Positions 1 to 9,841 of a stretch of DNA of 64,000 bases are shown here, piece after piece. The notes beneath the pieces were generated by a model. It worked only from the letters and a program-made list of their open reading frames with translations, was not told the origin of the DNA and ran no database searches. The translations under genes were made by a program, and so were the position numbers. Every line of letters begins with the position of its first letter. Position 1 is the first letter of the stretch. The stretch lies in IMG/VR virus record IMGVR_UViG_3300029998_000597. One strand, 5' to 3'. This DNA comes from a virus. Its lineage: Duplodnaviria > Caudoviricetes.

Positions 1-1
1 T

Positions 2-1975
2 GACGATGCGCTTGAAGGTGGGCTTGGGCGAGGTGAATTAGGTGTTATAATAGGACCTTCATCTTTTGGTAAAGAGCAACCAATCAGCGAGTTAGTGTGT
101 ACTCCAGATGGATTTAGAACTATGGGTTCAATTGAAGTAGGTGATTTTGTTATTGGTGGAAATGGAAAACCAGTCAAAGTAATTAATACCTTTCCACAGG
201 GAGTTAAAGACGTATATAAAGTTACTTTTTCTGATAAAGTTTCAGTAGAATGCGGTATAGATCATTTATGGAATGTTAATTCAGTATATCAAAGGTGTGG
301 TAAAAAATACGTTAGTGGTGTTAGTAAAAGTCGTGATGATAAATATTATATACCAGATCACACATATCAAACATTATCATTGAAACAAATTTTAGAAAAA
401 GGGTTATTTAAAAACTATGCTGGACACCCTAAAAGACATAACTTTAAAGTTCCAATGCCAGAAGCGGTTCAGTTTAACACAATAGATATACCAGAAACAT
501 TACCACCTTATTTTATAGGGGCATTTATTGGAGATGGCTGTTTTTCAAGAATGGACATCACATCTGTTGACCAAGAAATAATTGATAAAATTTGTAAAAT
601 AACAAATGTAGTTTCATTAAATAATTCAACAAGAGACCCACATATTACCAAAATTCAATTATCTTATTTACTAAAAGAACAATTATATAAATATTTTACA
701 TTAGAAGAAAAAAGTGAAGATAAGTTTATACCAAACGATTATTTATATAATTCAATTGAAAATCGGATAGAATTATTAAATGGTCTTATGGATACCGATG
801 GAACTTGTCAAAAAAATGGTTGTTCTTGTTATAATACAAAATCAAAACAATTAGCCGAAGATGTTAAAACACTTGTATTATCTTTAGGTGGATTTGCAAT
901 TGTTAGAGAAAAAAATGCTTCTTATTTTAATAAAAAATATAATATTGGAGTAGATTGTGGTATTCATTATGAAGTAACAATTACATTAATAGATACAACT
1001 ATCCCAATATTTAATTTAAAAAGAAAACAAGATAGAGTTAATTATAGAACAAGTAAGAAAACACTTAGATTTATTGAGTCGGTTGAGTTAGTTAGACAAG
1101 AAGAGTCCAAATGTATTATGCTGGAAAGTGAAGATGGATTATATTTAACGCGAGATTTTATTGTTACACATAATACCTCATTAACAACAAGTTTTGCAAA
1201 TCATGCCGCTTTAAACAATTTTAAAGTACTTCAAATAATTTTTGAGGATAAGGAAAAACAAATTCAACGAAAACATATTGGGAAGATTACGGGTGTCGAG
1301 GCAAGAGATTTATCAAAACCAGAAAATATTGAAATGGTTAAAGATATTATGTCTTACACGGATGCTTTCGATGAAAATCTTGTAATTAAAAAATTTAATA
1401 CAGGGGAAGTTAATCCAGTTCAAATCAGGACATATATTAAGAGACTTATCAATACTGGTTTTAATCCAGATATGGTTATAGTGGATTATTTCGAATGTTT
1501 GGTAGCTTCAAAGAATTTCAAGGACCAGTGGACAGGAGAGGGTCATACAATGCGTCAATTAGAAGCAATAGCATCAGATTTAGATATTGCCTTATGGGTT
1601 CCAACCCAAGGAACGAAAGATTCATTAAATGCTGAAATTGTGACAATGGATAAAGCTGGTGGTAGTTTCAAAAAAATTCAAATTGCTCACATTGTAATAT
1701 CAATTGCCCGTTCAATGGAAGATATGGAAAATAATATTGCAACGATTGCTGTATTGAAAAATAGATCTGGTAAATCTGGTAGAGTAATGGAAGGTGCTTC
1801 ATTTAATAATGGTACTTGTGAGATAAACACTGATAATATCCAAATGTTTGAGGGAATGACAGATTATAATAGTTCTGAAGCTGAGAAAAAGCAAGAAAAA
1901 ACAAAAGATATTTTGGAAGCCGCAAGATTAAGAAGAGAATTGGCGAAAAAAGAAAAAGAAGAACAAAACAATTAA
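2..1975 (+). CDS. dnaB: Replicative DnaB-like helicase, 5'-truncated, intein-containing
   Basis: Frame is open from base 2: DDALEGGLGRGELGVIIGPSSFGK-[intein]-TSLTT (Walker A split by intein), later VIVDYFEC (Walker B). The ORF-track start at 95 is internal. Confidence 0.92.
   Translation, partial: DDALEGGLGRGELGVIIGPSSFGKEQPISELVCTPDGFRTMGSIEVGDFVIGGNGKPVKVINTFPQGVKDVYKVTFSDKVSVECGIDHLWNVNSVYQRCGKKYVSGVSKSRDDKYYIPDHTYQTLSLKQILEKGLFKNYAGHPKRHNFKVPMPEAVQFNTIDIPETLPPYFIGAFIGDGCFSRMDITSVDQEIIDKICKITNVVSLNNSTRDPHITKIQLSYLLKEQLYKYFTLEEKSEDKFIPNDYLYNSIENRIELLNGLMDTDGTCQKNGCSCYNTKSKQLAEDVKTLVLSLGGFAIVREKNASYFNKKYNIGVDCGIHYEVTITLIDTTIPIFNLKRKQDRVNYRTSKKTLRFIESVELVRQEESKCIMLESEDGLYLTRDFIVTHNTSLTTSFANHAALNNFKVLQIIFEDKEKQIQRKHIGKITGVEARDLSKPENIEMVKDIMSYTDAFDENLVIKKFNTGEVNPVQIRTYIKRLINTGFNPDMVIVDYFECLVASKNFKDQWTGEGHTMRQLEAIASDLDIALWVPTQGTKDSLNAEIVTMDKAGGSFKKIQIAHIVISIARSMEDMENNIATIAVLKNRSGKSGRVMEGASFNNGTCEINTDNIQMFEGMTDYNSSEAEKKQEKTKDILEAARLRRELAKKEKEEQNN
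74..1174 (+). mobile_element. Class 3-type intein (367 aa) with LAGLIDADG homing endonuclease
   Basis: Starts EQPISELVCTPDG right after Walker A GK, ends FIVTHN before T. LAGLIDADG motifs IGAFIGDG and LNGLMDTDG; HLW, KCIML and VTHN motifs. Confidence 0.9.
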
Positions 1976-1991
1976 AAACAAAATAAATAAA

Positions 1992-4250
1992 ATGCAAAAA
2001 GGTAAAAAATTTCTATCGGATTTAAAATTACATTCGGATTACTTGAAATGGAGAGAAGATTTAGGTCGATATGAAACGTGGGAAGAGGCTTGTGATTCAA
2101 TTATTGAAACCCATTTAAAAAAATATGGGGATAAGATAAAACCGTATACTGACTCAGCTGTTCAAAGCATGAAGGACAAATTGGTATTAGCATCACAACG
2201 AAGCCTACAATATCGCGGTGAACAATTAGAGAAACATAATAGTAGATTATACAACTGCACGACTGGCTATGTAGCTTACAATAAGATTTTCCAAGAGGTA
2301 TTTTATTTACTACTTAGTGGGTGTGGGTTCGGTGGCGGATTATTAATACCATTCGTTCAAAATATATCTAATATTGAGAAAAGAAATAATGGAACAAAAA
2401 CATTTATTATTCCAGACTCAATAGAGGGGTGGTCAGATTCTCTTGGTGTTTTAATGTCTTCGTATTTCAAAGATAACCAACCATTCCCAGAATATTATGG
2501 GTATGAAATTAAATTCGATTATTCAAAAATAAGAAAAAAAGGTGCTTTCATTAGTGGAGGGTTTAAAGCTCCTGGTTCTGAAGCATTAAAAAAATCATTA
2601 GAACAAATTGAAAATTTAATTGAAAATTGGTTATCTAAAGAAGGTAATGTTGTTAGACCTATTTTAGCATTCGACATACTTTGTTTTGCATCAAACGCTG
2701 TTCTTAGTGGTGGTGTTAGGCGATCAGCAATGGATATGATTATTGATGAAAATGATGATGAGATGATCAATGCAAAAATGGGGAATTGGTTTGAAACTAA
2801 CCCACAGAGGGCAAGGTCCAATAACTCTATTCTATTAAAAAGAGATAAAGTTGGAAAAGCTCAATTCGAAGAAATTATCAAAATGAACGATGGTGTTTCG
2901 GATATTGGTTTTGTTTTTGCAAATTCATATTTTGATATGTTTAATCCTTGTTTTGAGATTGCACAACTTCCAATATTATGGAATGATACGATGGACTTAG
3001 AAAATATTAAGTACGAAGAATTAGGTGATTTCATTAAAAATAACAGCCATTTATTAGGTATACAAGGTTGTAATCTAACAGAAATTTCAGCCGAAGCTTG
3101 TACTACAAAAGAAAAGTTCTTTAAAGCCTGTGCTGATGCAACTATTTTGGGAACAATTCAAGCTGGTTTTACATCGTTTTCATATTTAGGTGAAACAAGT
3201 GAAAAAATATTTCAAAAAGAATCTTTATTGGGGGTGTCAATTACAGGCTGGATGAATAATCCAAAATTATTCAACGCTGAATTATTACAAAAAGGAGTTG
3301 ATATCATAAGAAAGACCAATGTAGAAGTAGCAAAACTAATTGGTATTAACCCAGCTGCAAGGCTAACTTGTTGTAAACCAAGTGGTAATAGTAGTGTTAT
3401 TTTAGGTACATCCTCTGGCATTCACCCAGAACACGCTCAATCATATTTCAGGTTAATGCAACTAAATAAAGAAGCTGAAACCGCTAAATGGTTGAATGAA
3501 AATATGCCTTTCTTATTAGAAGAATCGGCGTGGTCTGATACTAATTCGGATTATGTTGTTTTTATACCAATAGAAAATTCAAAAGATGGTTTTTACAAAA
3601 AAGACATGACTGGTTTAGCACATCTTGAGAAAATCAAATTAGTTCAAGAAAATTGGGTAACTTACGGTACTAACCCAGAACTATGTGGATATCCACACAT
3701 TAATCACAACGTAAGCTGCACTGTTATTATTGATAATATTGAAGAAGTAATTGATTATATTTGGGATAATAAAAAGGCTTTTACGGCTGTATCATTTATA
3801 TCAAATACAGCCGATAGAGAATTTAATCAAGCCCCTTTTACAACGGTAAATACTATGGAAGAAATTATTTCTCTATATGGTAAAGGTTCTTTATTTGCAT
3901 CTGGGTTAATTGTAGATGGGTTACATTACTTTAAAAATAATTTATGGCTTGCTTGTGATAGCGTCCTTGATAGAGATTTATTAGTAACAGGAACAAGGGA
4001 AGAAGTACTTCTTAAAAAATATTGGTTAAGCTGCGCAAAGAAGTTTGCTAAAAACTATTTTAAAGGAGATCTAAAGAAAATGGTATATTGTTTAAAAGAT
4101 ATTCACCTAATTCATAAATGGGAGGTTATTAACCGACAAATGCGCGAGGTTGATTTTAATAAGATACTTAATAAACCAGCATTTAAAGATGTATCTGATT
4201 ATGCCGCCCAAGCCTGTTCTGGTGGGGCTTGTGAAATCAAAAGAGTGTAA
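1992..4250 (+). CDS. nrdJ: Class II (B12-dependent) ribonucleotide reductase
   Basis: SGGVRRSA, NPCFEI, KPSGNSS and C-terminal CSGGAC motifs; no small subunit adjacent. Confidence 0.85.
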   Translation: MQKGKKFLSDLKLHSDYLKWREDLGRYETWEEACDSIIETHLKKYGDKIKPYTDSAVQSMKDKLVLASQRSLQYRGEQLEKHNSRLYNCTTGYVAYNKIFQEVFYLLLSGCGFGGGLLIPFVQNISNIEKRNNGTKTFIIPDSIEGWSDSLGVLMSSYFKDNQPFPEYYGYEIKFDYSKIRKKGAFISGGFKAPGSEALKKSLEQIENLIENWLSKEGNVVRPILAFDILCFASNAVLSGGVRRSAMDMIIDENDDEMINAKMGNWFETNPQRARSNNSILLKRDKVGKAQFEEIIKMNDGVSDIGFVFANSYFDMFNPCFEIAQLPILWNDTMDLENIKYEELGDFIKNNSHLLGIQGCNLTEISAEACTTKEKFFKACADATILGTIQAGFTSFSYLGETSEKIFQKESLLGVSITGWMNNPKLFNAELLQKGVDIIRKTNVEVAKLIGINPAARLTCCKPSGNSSVILGTSSGIHPEHAQSYFRLMQLNKEAETAKWLNENMPFLLEESAWSDTNSDYVVFIPIENSKDGFYKKDMTGLAHLEKIKLVQENWVTYGTNPELCGYPHINHNVSCTVIIDNIEEVIDYIWDNKKAFTAVSFISNTADREFNQAPFTTVNTMEEIISLYGKGSLFASGLIVDGLHYFKNNLWLACDSVLDRDLLVTGTREEVLLKKYWLSCAKKFAKNYFKGDLKKMVYCLKDIHLIHKWEVINRQMREVDFNKILNKPAFKDVSDYAAQACSGGACEIKRV

Positions 4251-4263
4251 TAAATAATATTAA

Positions 4264-4308
4264 ATGGTTGGGTTTCTAAAGTTATTTAGGTTCCCAATCA
4301 TTTTTTTT
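4264..4308 (+). terminator. Intrinsic terminator
   Basis: ATGGTTGGG/CCCAATCAT stem plus T8 after nrdJ. Confidence 0.75.
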
Positions 4309-4316
4309 AATTTAAC

Positions 4317-4347
4317 TTGTTTTATTCAATAATTAAACGTATATTTG
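4317..4347 (+). promoter_or_regulatory. Bacteroidota-type sigma70 (early) promoter
   Basis: TTG-N20-TATATTTG; one of nine copies with identical spacing. Confidence 0.8.
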
Positions 4348-4367
4348 TGAAAATTAAATAAAAAACC

Positions 4368-4601
4368 ATGAAAGAAGAAAAAGAAATATTACCAACAAAA
4401 TGGTTTAAAACACAACAAATTTCAACCTGGATCGGAGAGCCACTTGGACAAATACCTGGAAAGCCTATTGAAGAATATGAGGGTGGTCACGGTAAATTAA
4501 TTATTATGCACCAATGTGGTGAAAATAAGCAAGAATTAAAAGGTCAAATACAAACTTTTTTATCTGGTTTAGATGAAGATTTTGAATATTTCGCCTGTTA
4601 A
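4368..4601 (+). CDS. Hypothetical protein
   Basis: 77 aa ORF behind early promoter. Confidence 0.7.
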   Translation: MKEEKEILPTKWFKTQQISTWIGEPLGQIPGKPIEEYEGGHGKLIIMHQCGENKQELKGQIQTFLSGLDEDFEYFAC

Positions 4602-4629
4602 ATAAAAAAAAAACAATTTAAATAAAATT

Positions 4630-5781
4630 ATGAAACAAACAATCGAAATACAAGTTCCAAGTGGTAAGAAAGTAGTTATGAATCAAATGGAAAAAGGAAT
4701 GTTATTTACTTTCGAGGATAAAAATAATTTAGAGCTCTTACAAGATGATATGGATTATGTTAGGAGCTCAATATTATCATATATGGGAATTCCAAAAAAA
4801 ATTTTTGGTAATTATGAATTAGAACAAAAATTGGAAAGACAGAAATGTTTTGACGATAAAACTCGTATTTATATGATCGAAAAATATTTCAAAGTTTTTG
4901 ATGCTACCCAAATGAATAATGATAATCATGGAATGATTCCTTTCAAATTAATGGATCACCAAAAACTGATTTTAAGGTCACTGGTTGATAATAAAGGAAC
5001 GATAGTTAAATCATATCGCCAGGCAGGAAATACAGCTTTAATGGCAGCCTATTATGCCTGTGAGCTGATTTTAACTGAGGGTACGGATATATTATATATG
5101 TCAAGTAGCTTACAATGTAGTTCTATGTTTATGAAATTAGTAAGTGGTTTTATTGATCAATGGTTATTGGGAACTAATCAACCAATATTTGATTACGATA
5201 AAAACTGGGTTATAAATAATGGAAATGAGATCAAATTAGCAACAGGTACAAACATTAGAGTTATTAATCCAAATAAAGTATATTCTTTACAAAACATAGA
5301 ATTAGATAAAATAACACATATTATTTATGATAATTCTGCTTTTATCGAATTTGATGATGGATTTAGAGAGCTTATGGGTTACAAATTACCTGAAAATATT
5401 AAAACTACGATTATTTCAACAGACCAGAAGGTTAAGAATTGGTTTAAAGACAAATGGGATTCAGCTGATAAACAAGGTAATAAATTAAATAAAATCGAAC
5501 TTGAATGGTTTAATGACCCACGATACAATAAAGATTTAAAATGGGTTAAAGTCAGTCAAGAAGTTATCGAAAACGGTATTAATAAGATTAAACAAGCTTA
5601 TTTACCAACAAATGAGTGGTATGTTGGTATGTGTAGAATTTGGAATAATAAAGAAAGAATTGAACAGGAAATTGGTATTGGTTATAATCCGAACGAAAAT
5701 TATGTTGAAATAAAAAAGAATGATATTAGAGAACATATTTTACAATTAAATAATGAATTACAAAAATTAAAAAATCTATGA
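4630..5781 (+). CDS. Degenerate terminase-large-subunit ATPase-like protein (no nuclease domain)
   Basis: PFKLMDHQ, KSYRQAGNT (Walker A K>N), IIYDNSAFI (Walker B E>N), IIST, WFNDPRY. Confidence 0.7.
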   Translation: MKQTIEIQVPSGKKVVMNQMEKGMLFTFEDKNNLELLQDDMDYVRSSILSYMGIPKKIFGNYELEQKLERQKCFDDKTRIYMIEKYFKVFDATQMNNDNHGMIPFKLMDHQKLILRSLVDNKGTIVKSYRQAGNTALMAAYYACELILTEGTDILYMSSSLQCSSMFMKLVSGFIDQWLLGTNQPIFDYDKNWVINNGNEIKLATGTNIRVINPNKVYSLQNIELDKITHIIYDNSAFIEFDDGFRELMGYKLPENIKTTIISTDQKVKNWFKDKWDSADKQGNKLNKIELEWFNDPRYNKDLKWVKVSQEVIENGINKIKQAYLPTNEWYVGMCRIWNNKERIEQEIGIGYNPNENYVEIKKNDIREHILQLNNELQKLKNL

Positions 5782-6218
5782 GTATAATTTTAAATGAATA
5801 CAATGAAGAAAATAGAATTGATAAAACTTGGTTCGATAGTTCTAACGTTAAATATTGTGAATGCGATGATAAATTGGATGCACTAAAAGAAGTTACTGTT
5901 TGCTTCTCAGACGGGCGAACTTACTCATACTCAGACGTTAAGGTAAACGATTACCTCATGTTTAGAAATTCTTTAAGCCAAGGTAAAGATATATTTAAAT
6001 ACATTGCGGTTAAAGATAATGGTGTTCCAAGATATAAAACAACCAGATTAGAAAATACCGATTTAACTTTATTAGAGGTTCAAAAACAACAAATTTTAGA
6101 ATCACGCGTTGAAAAACTAAAAGAGTTCAATAAAACATTGGTTGAATCACAAGTTGATTTAGAACCAGAATTTTCTAAACATATTAAAGATAATATTGAA
6201 GATTTATTAATGAAATAA
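5778..6218 (+). CDS. KTSC-domain protein
   Basis: DSSNVKY...VTVCFSDGRTYSYSDV...SQGK pattern. Confidence 0.65.
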   Translation: MSIILNEYNEENRIDKTWFDSSNVKYCECDDKLDALKEVTVCFSDGRTYSYSDVKVNDYLMFRNSLSQGKDIFKYIAVKDNGVPRYKTTRLENTDLTLLEVQKQQILESRVEKLKEFNKTLVESQVDLEPEFSKHIKDNIEDLLMK

Positions 6219-6439
6219 TGGAAAATAAAGGTTTTTTTGATACAGGAGAGTTAACTTTAGCAGACTTAAAAAAATGGGTAAACATGATTCCAGATGTTTA
6301 TTTGGATTATAATGTTGTATGTTGTCAAGAAGTTTATTTAGTTGGGGAAATTGGAATTCGAAAAGATATGCCAGTTGTAGGATTAGCATTAGATGTGGAA
6401 ACATCGGAAGTTTTAATTAAAATTGAGTTAAACGAATGA
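6218..6439 (+). CDS. Hypothetical protein
   Basis: Translationally coupled 73 aa ORF. Confidence 0.7.
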   Translation: MENKGFFDTGELTLADLKKWVNMIPDVYLDYNVVCCQEVYLVGEIGIRKDMPVVGLALDVETSEVLIKIELNE

Positions 6440-6621
6440 TAAATAAAGACGGTATAACTATTAAGCAATTAAAAGAGTTGGTAAAAGAATTACCTGAGAC
6501 GGATGAAATAACGGGTGAAGATTTTACTATCTGGATGGAAACTGGGAATATGCTTTCAAGTCCAATATTGGAATGTTTACAATTAAATAGAGGTGATTTA
6601 TATTTTAGCATAAAATTATGA
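6436..6621 (+). CDS. Hypothetical protein
   Basis: ATGA-coupled 61 aa ORF. Confidence 0.7.
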   Translation: MINKDGITIKQLKELVKELPETDEITGEDFTIWMETGNMLSSPILECLQLNRGDLYFSIKL

Positions 6622-7376
6622 TAAATAACAAACAATTTGATTATTTTTCAGTATTGGTTATTGGAATAAATCCAGAGGAACAAATTTCAAAGTATGATGA
6701 GATGTCAGATGCTAAAGAACCATATATTTTATATCAATATAAGGATATGGGTAAGCTAAGAAAACTCCAAATAGAAATTTATAAGGGTTATTTAAAATCG
6801 ATTAAAGATTTACAATCAAAGAATATTCTAATCGATAAAATAAATGATTTAAAAAGCATCTCAGATGAAAATTATTATCTTCGGTTAAGTGATTATTATC
6901 AATTTGATATTAATAAAAATATTATTAGTAATGATAATCCAGACGGTAAATGGTTAACTTGTGAGGTTGGTGGGCGAATGTATTCTGAAAAACTTATTAA
7001 TCTTGATAATATATATGTAACATCTGGTAAAAAAACAGATATAAATTGGTCGGTTATACATTTAAACCCTGGAATAGTCAATAAATACAAACGCGCTTGG
7101 GAACTTTGTAATGAGAATTCACCAATAACAACACCCGAAGACTTCAAAATTTTAGAAAATATGAAGGGGTTTGTTAATTATTTTGAACATTTTACTGATA
7201 AAAATCAATATATAAAATATAACTCATCTTTTTTTACTAATGCTATAATAGTTAATGGAAAATGGTTGGATATGGAGAATAGTAGTTACGTGGATTGGGT
7301 AATAAATTATTATGATAATTTTATTTCTGGGTTAAAACCAAATGATTTGATTACAATTTTTGAGTGTACAAAATAA
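6618..7376 (+). CDS. Hypothetical protein
   Basis: 252 aa ORF followed by terminator. Confidence 0.8.
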   Translation: MINNKQFDYFSVLVIGINPEEQISKYDEMSDAKEPYILYQYKDMGKLRKLQIEIYKGYLKSIKDLQSKNILIDKINDLKSISDENYYLRLSDYYQFDINKNIISNDNPDGKWLTCEVGGRMYSEKLINLDNIYVTSGKKTDINWSVIHLNPGIVNKYKRAWELCNENSPITTPEDFKILENMKGFVNYFEHFTDKNQYIKYNSSFFTNAIIVNGKWLDMENSSYVDWVINYYDNFISGLKPNDLITIFECTK

Positions 7377-7393
7377 TAATTTAATTATATCAT

Positions 7394-7428
7394 AAAGGTA
7401 GGGAACTTAATTGTTTTCTACCTTTTTT
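7394..7428 (+). terminator. Intrinsic terminator
   Basis: AAAGGTAGGGAAC/GTTTTCTACCTTT stem plus T run. Confidence 0.75.
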
Positions 7429-7464
7429 ATTTTAAAAATTTAAACACAAAAAAAAAATTCTAAA

Positions 7465-7474
7465 GTATTTATAT
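7465..7474 (+). promoter_or_regulatory. Putative late promoter
   Basis: GTATTTATAT 16 nt before the baseplate operon; motif recurs before ten units. Confidence 0.55.
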
Positions 7475-7490
7475 GGAAAGTAGTTAGTAT

Positions 7491-7883
7491 ATGGCACTAA
7501 ATAGAAAATATCTTGGAATTAGATTCCCATTCACTGTTAAAGACGAGGAAGGGTTCTTTATAGATTTAGAATATGATCCGTATAAAGAAATTAAATCTGA
7601 TTTAATGCATTTAATCTTTACACCAAAGGGGCAACGACTTAGAATGCCAACTTTTGGTACTAATTTAATTCGGTATATATTTGATCAAAACGATGAAAAA
7701 TCTTATACTGATATGAAAGTAGAGATACAGGAATCTATTAAAAAATTTATTCCAAATGTGAAGATAACAAGTTTATTAGTTACAAACAGCACCGATGAAA
7801 ATTACACTGCAAATATAGAGATAAAATATGATATAGATGAAGGTAGTTTTGTAACATCAGATTCCATAAATACATCAGTTTAA
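7491..7883 (+). CDS. Baseplate wedge protein, gp25/GPW-like
   Basis: GIRFPF, IKSDLMHLIFTPKGQRLRMPTFGTNL motif. Confidence 0.88.
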   Translation: MALNRKYLGIRFPFTVKDEEGFFIDLEYDPYKEIKSDLMHLIFTPKGQRLRMPTFGTNLIRYIFDQNDEKSYTDMKVEIQESIKKFIPNVKITSLLVTNSTDENYTANIEIKYDIDEGSFVTSDSINTSV

Positions 7884-7894
7884 TAAAATATAAA

Positions 7895-9841
7895 ATGGCA
7901 AACCCAATTAATTACAACACACGAACATTCGAGGAATATAAAGAGCAATTAAAAATATATATCCAAAGAAATTACCCAAACATAATTAATGATTTTCAGG
8001 ATTCATCAATTGGTTCATTTTTTATGGATTTAAGTGCTGCTATTGGGGATGATCTAGGCTTCCTTATAGATAATAGATTTCAAGAGACACAGATTGATTA
8101 TATGCAAGAAAGAAAGTCTTTACTATCAACAGCAAGGACTAATAATTTAAAGGTACCTGGAAAGCGCCCATCAATGTTAGAAGCTGTTTGGTCATGTTAT
8201 ATACCAGTCGTTATTGGTGGTAGTACTCCAGATTGGGATTATGCTCCTATTTTAAATAAAGGAACGCAAGCATCAGGTGGTGGTCAAAAATTCGAATTAC
8301 AATCAGACGTTAATTTTTCCCAGCAATTTAATTCTCTTGGTATATCAGATAGAACAATTTTACCACTTAAAAATTCAACTACTGGTAGTTTGGTTGGATA
8401 TACTATAACAAAGACCTGCGTCATGATAAGCGGGGAAAGTAAAATATATAAACAAACGATTAGTCCATCAGATGTATCTCCATTTATGGAAATTATTTTA
8501 CCAGAGCCAAACGTGATAAACGTGCAATCAGTCCTAGTATTTGATGGGTACAACCAAATTACCCCAACAATTTCGGACTTTGTTAGTAACACAGAAAATA
8601 GGTGGTATGAAGTTGATAATTTAATAGACGATAAAATATTTGGAAAAGATATAATACAAAGTGCAAATTTTATTGATAAATTATTATTTGATTTAAATCA
8701 AAATGGGATAACAGGTTCAACAAATTATGGAAATACCTATTGTGGAAATTTGGAAGATGGTTCAATAGTATATGGATATATACCAACTGTTGCAAAATGG
8801 AATTCTGTAACTCAAAAATTTATAACAGAATATACTGATAATTATTATTTAAAACTTATTTTTGGTGCTGGATCAAACGAAAATTTAGATAATATTAAAA
8901 ATTCAACTGACTATACTCAGTATCAATTAAATAAAGCTATAAATAATAAATACCTTGGGATGATACCAGCATCTAATTCAACTATATATATTTATTATAC
9001 TGTAGGGGGTGGAAAGTCATCAAACATTGGTACTGGAATAATGAACACAATAGGTTATTTAGATTGCACGATAGGTGGGTCTAATGAGTCAAAAATAGCA
9101 CAGGTTAAAAACTCACTAAAGGTTACAAATTCTATCCCATCTGTTTCTGGTAGAGATGAATTAACAAATGAAGAAATAAAATATTTAATTAAATATAATA
9201 ATTTATCTCAAAATAGATGTGTAACATTAAATGATTATAAAAATAAAATATTAACAATGCCATCCGAGTATGGGGCACCATTAAAAATAGGGGTAGAGGA
9301 GGTTAATAATAAAATACTTATAACGATGCTAGGCCTCGATTATGATGGTACGCTATCTAATAATTTAAGCGAAACATTAATCAATAATATAGTAGAATAT
9401 CTTAGTGAATATAAAATGATAAACGATTATGTTGAAATTCAACCAGGTTTAATAAATAATATTCAGTTTGAAATCGATATTACTATAGATACATCTAAAT
9501 CAAAACAAGATGTACTCAAGGCTGTAATTTTATATGTTGGTAATTATATGGACATAAATAATCATAAAATGGGAGATGAAATATTTACTAGTAAAATGAA
9601 GTCTGATATCGGTGCAATAAGTGGGGTGATAAATCTAATCGATTTAAGGGTTTATAGTATTTATTCTACGGGGTATTCCCCTAACCAAATAAAACAGCCA
9701 ACAATAACAAATACAGAATACATGAATCGAGTACAAATAGATTTAATTGCCACCGATGGTATATTGTATTCAAATTCAGATACTATGTTTGAAATTAAAA
9801 ACCCAAAATCAGACATAATTATTAGGGTAAAATCAAAATAA
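7895..9841 (+). CDS. Baseplate wedge subunit (T4 gp6/J-like)
   Basis: Follows gp25; NYNTRTFEE, LIFGAG, YTVGGGKSSN, GRDELT, RCVTLNDY motifs. Confidence 0.8.
   Translation: MANPINYNTRTFEEYKEQLKIYIQRNYPNIINDFQDSSIGSFFMDLSAAIGDDLGFLIDNRFQETQIDYMQERKSLLSTARTNNLKVPGKRPSMLEAVWSCYIPVVIGGSTPDWDYAPILNKGTQASGGGQKFELQSDVNFSQQFNSLGISDRTILPLKNSTTGSLVGYTITKTCVMISGESKIYKQTISPSDVSPFMEIILPEPNVINVQSVLVFDGYNQITPTISDFVSNTENRWYEVDNLIDDKIFGKDIIQSANFIDKLLFDLNQNGITGSTNYGNTYCGNLEDGSIVYGYIPTVAKWNSVTQKFITEYTDNYYLKLIFGAGSNENLDNIKNSTDYTQYQLNKAINNKYLGMIPASNSTIYIYYTVGGGKSSNIGTGIMNTIGYLDCTIGGSNESKIAQVKNSLKVTNSIPSVSGRDELTNEEIKYLIKYNNLSQNRCVTLNDYKNKILTMPSEYGAPLKIGVEEVNNKILITMLGLDYDGTLSNNLSETLINNIVEYLSEYKMINDYVEIQPGLINNIQFEIDITIDTSKSKQDVLKAVILYVGNYMDINNHKMGDEIFTSKMKSDIGAISGVINLIDLRVYSIYSTGYSPNQIKQPTITNTEYMNRVQIDLIATDGILYSNSDTMFEIKNPKSDIIIRVKSK

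Noticed and set aside
1992-4250. Intron or intein in the ribonucleotide reductase
   Set aside because: Continuous 752-aa ORF with all motifs and no splicing blocks.
4630-5781. Functional packaging terminase
   Set aside because: Catalytic Lys and Glu replaced; nuclease domain missing.
7448-7457. A-homopolymer as phase-variation tract
   Set aside because: Intergenic and expected at this AT content.
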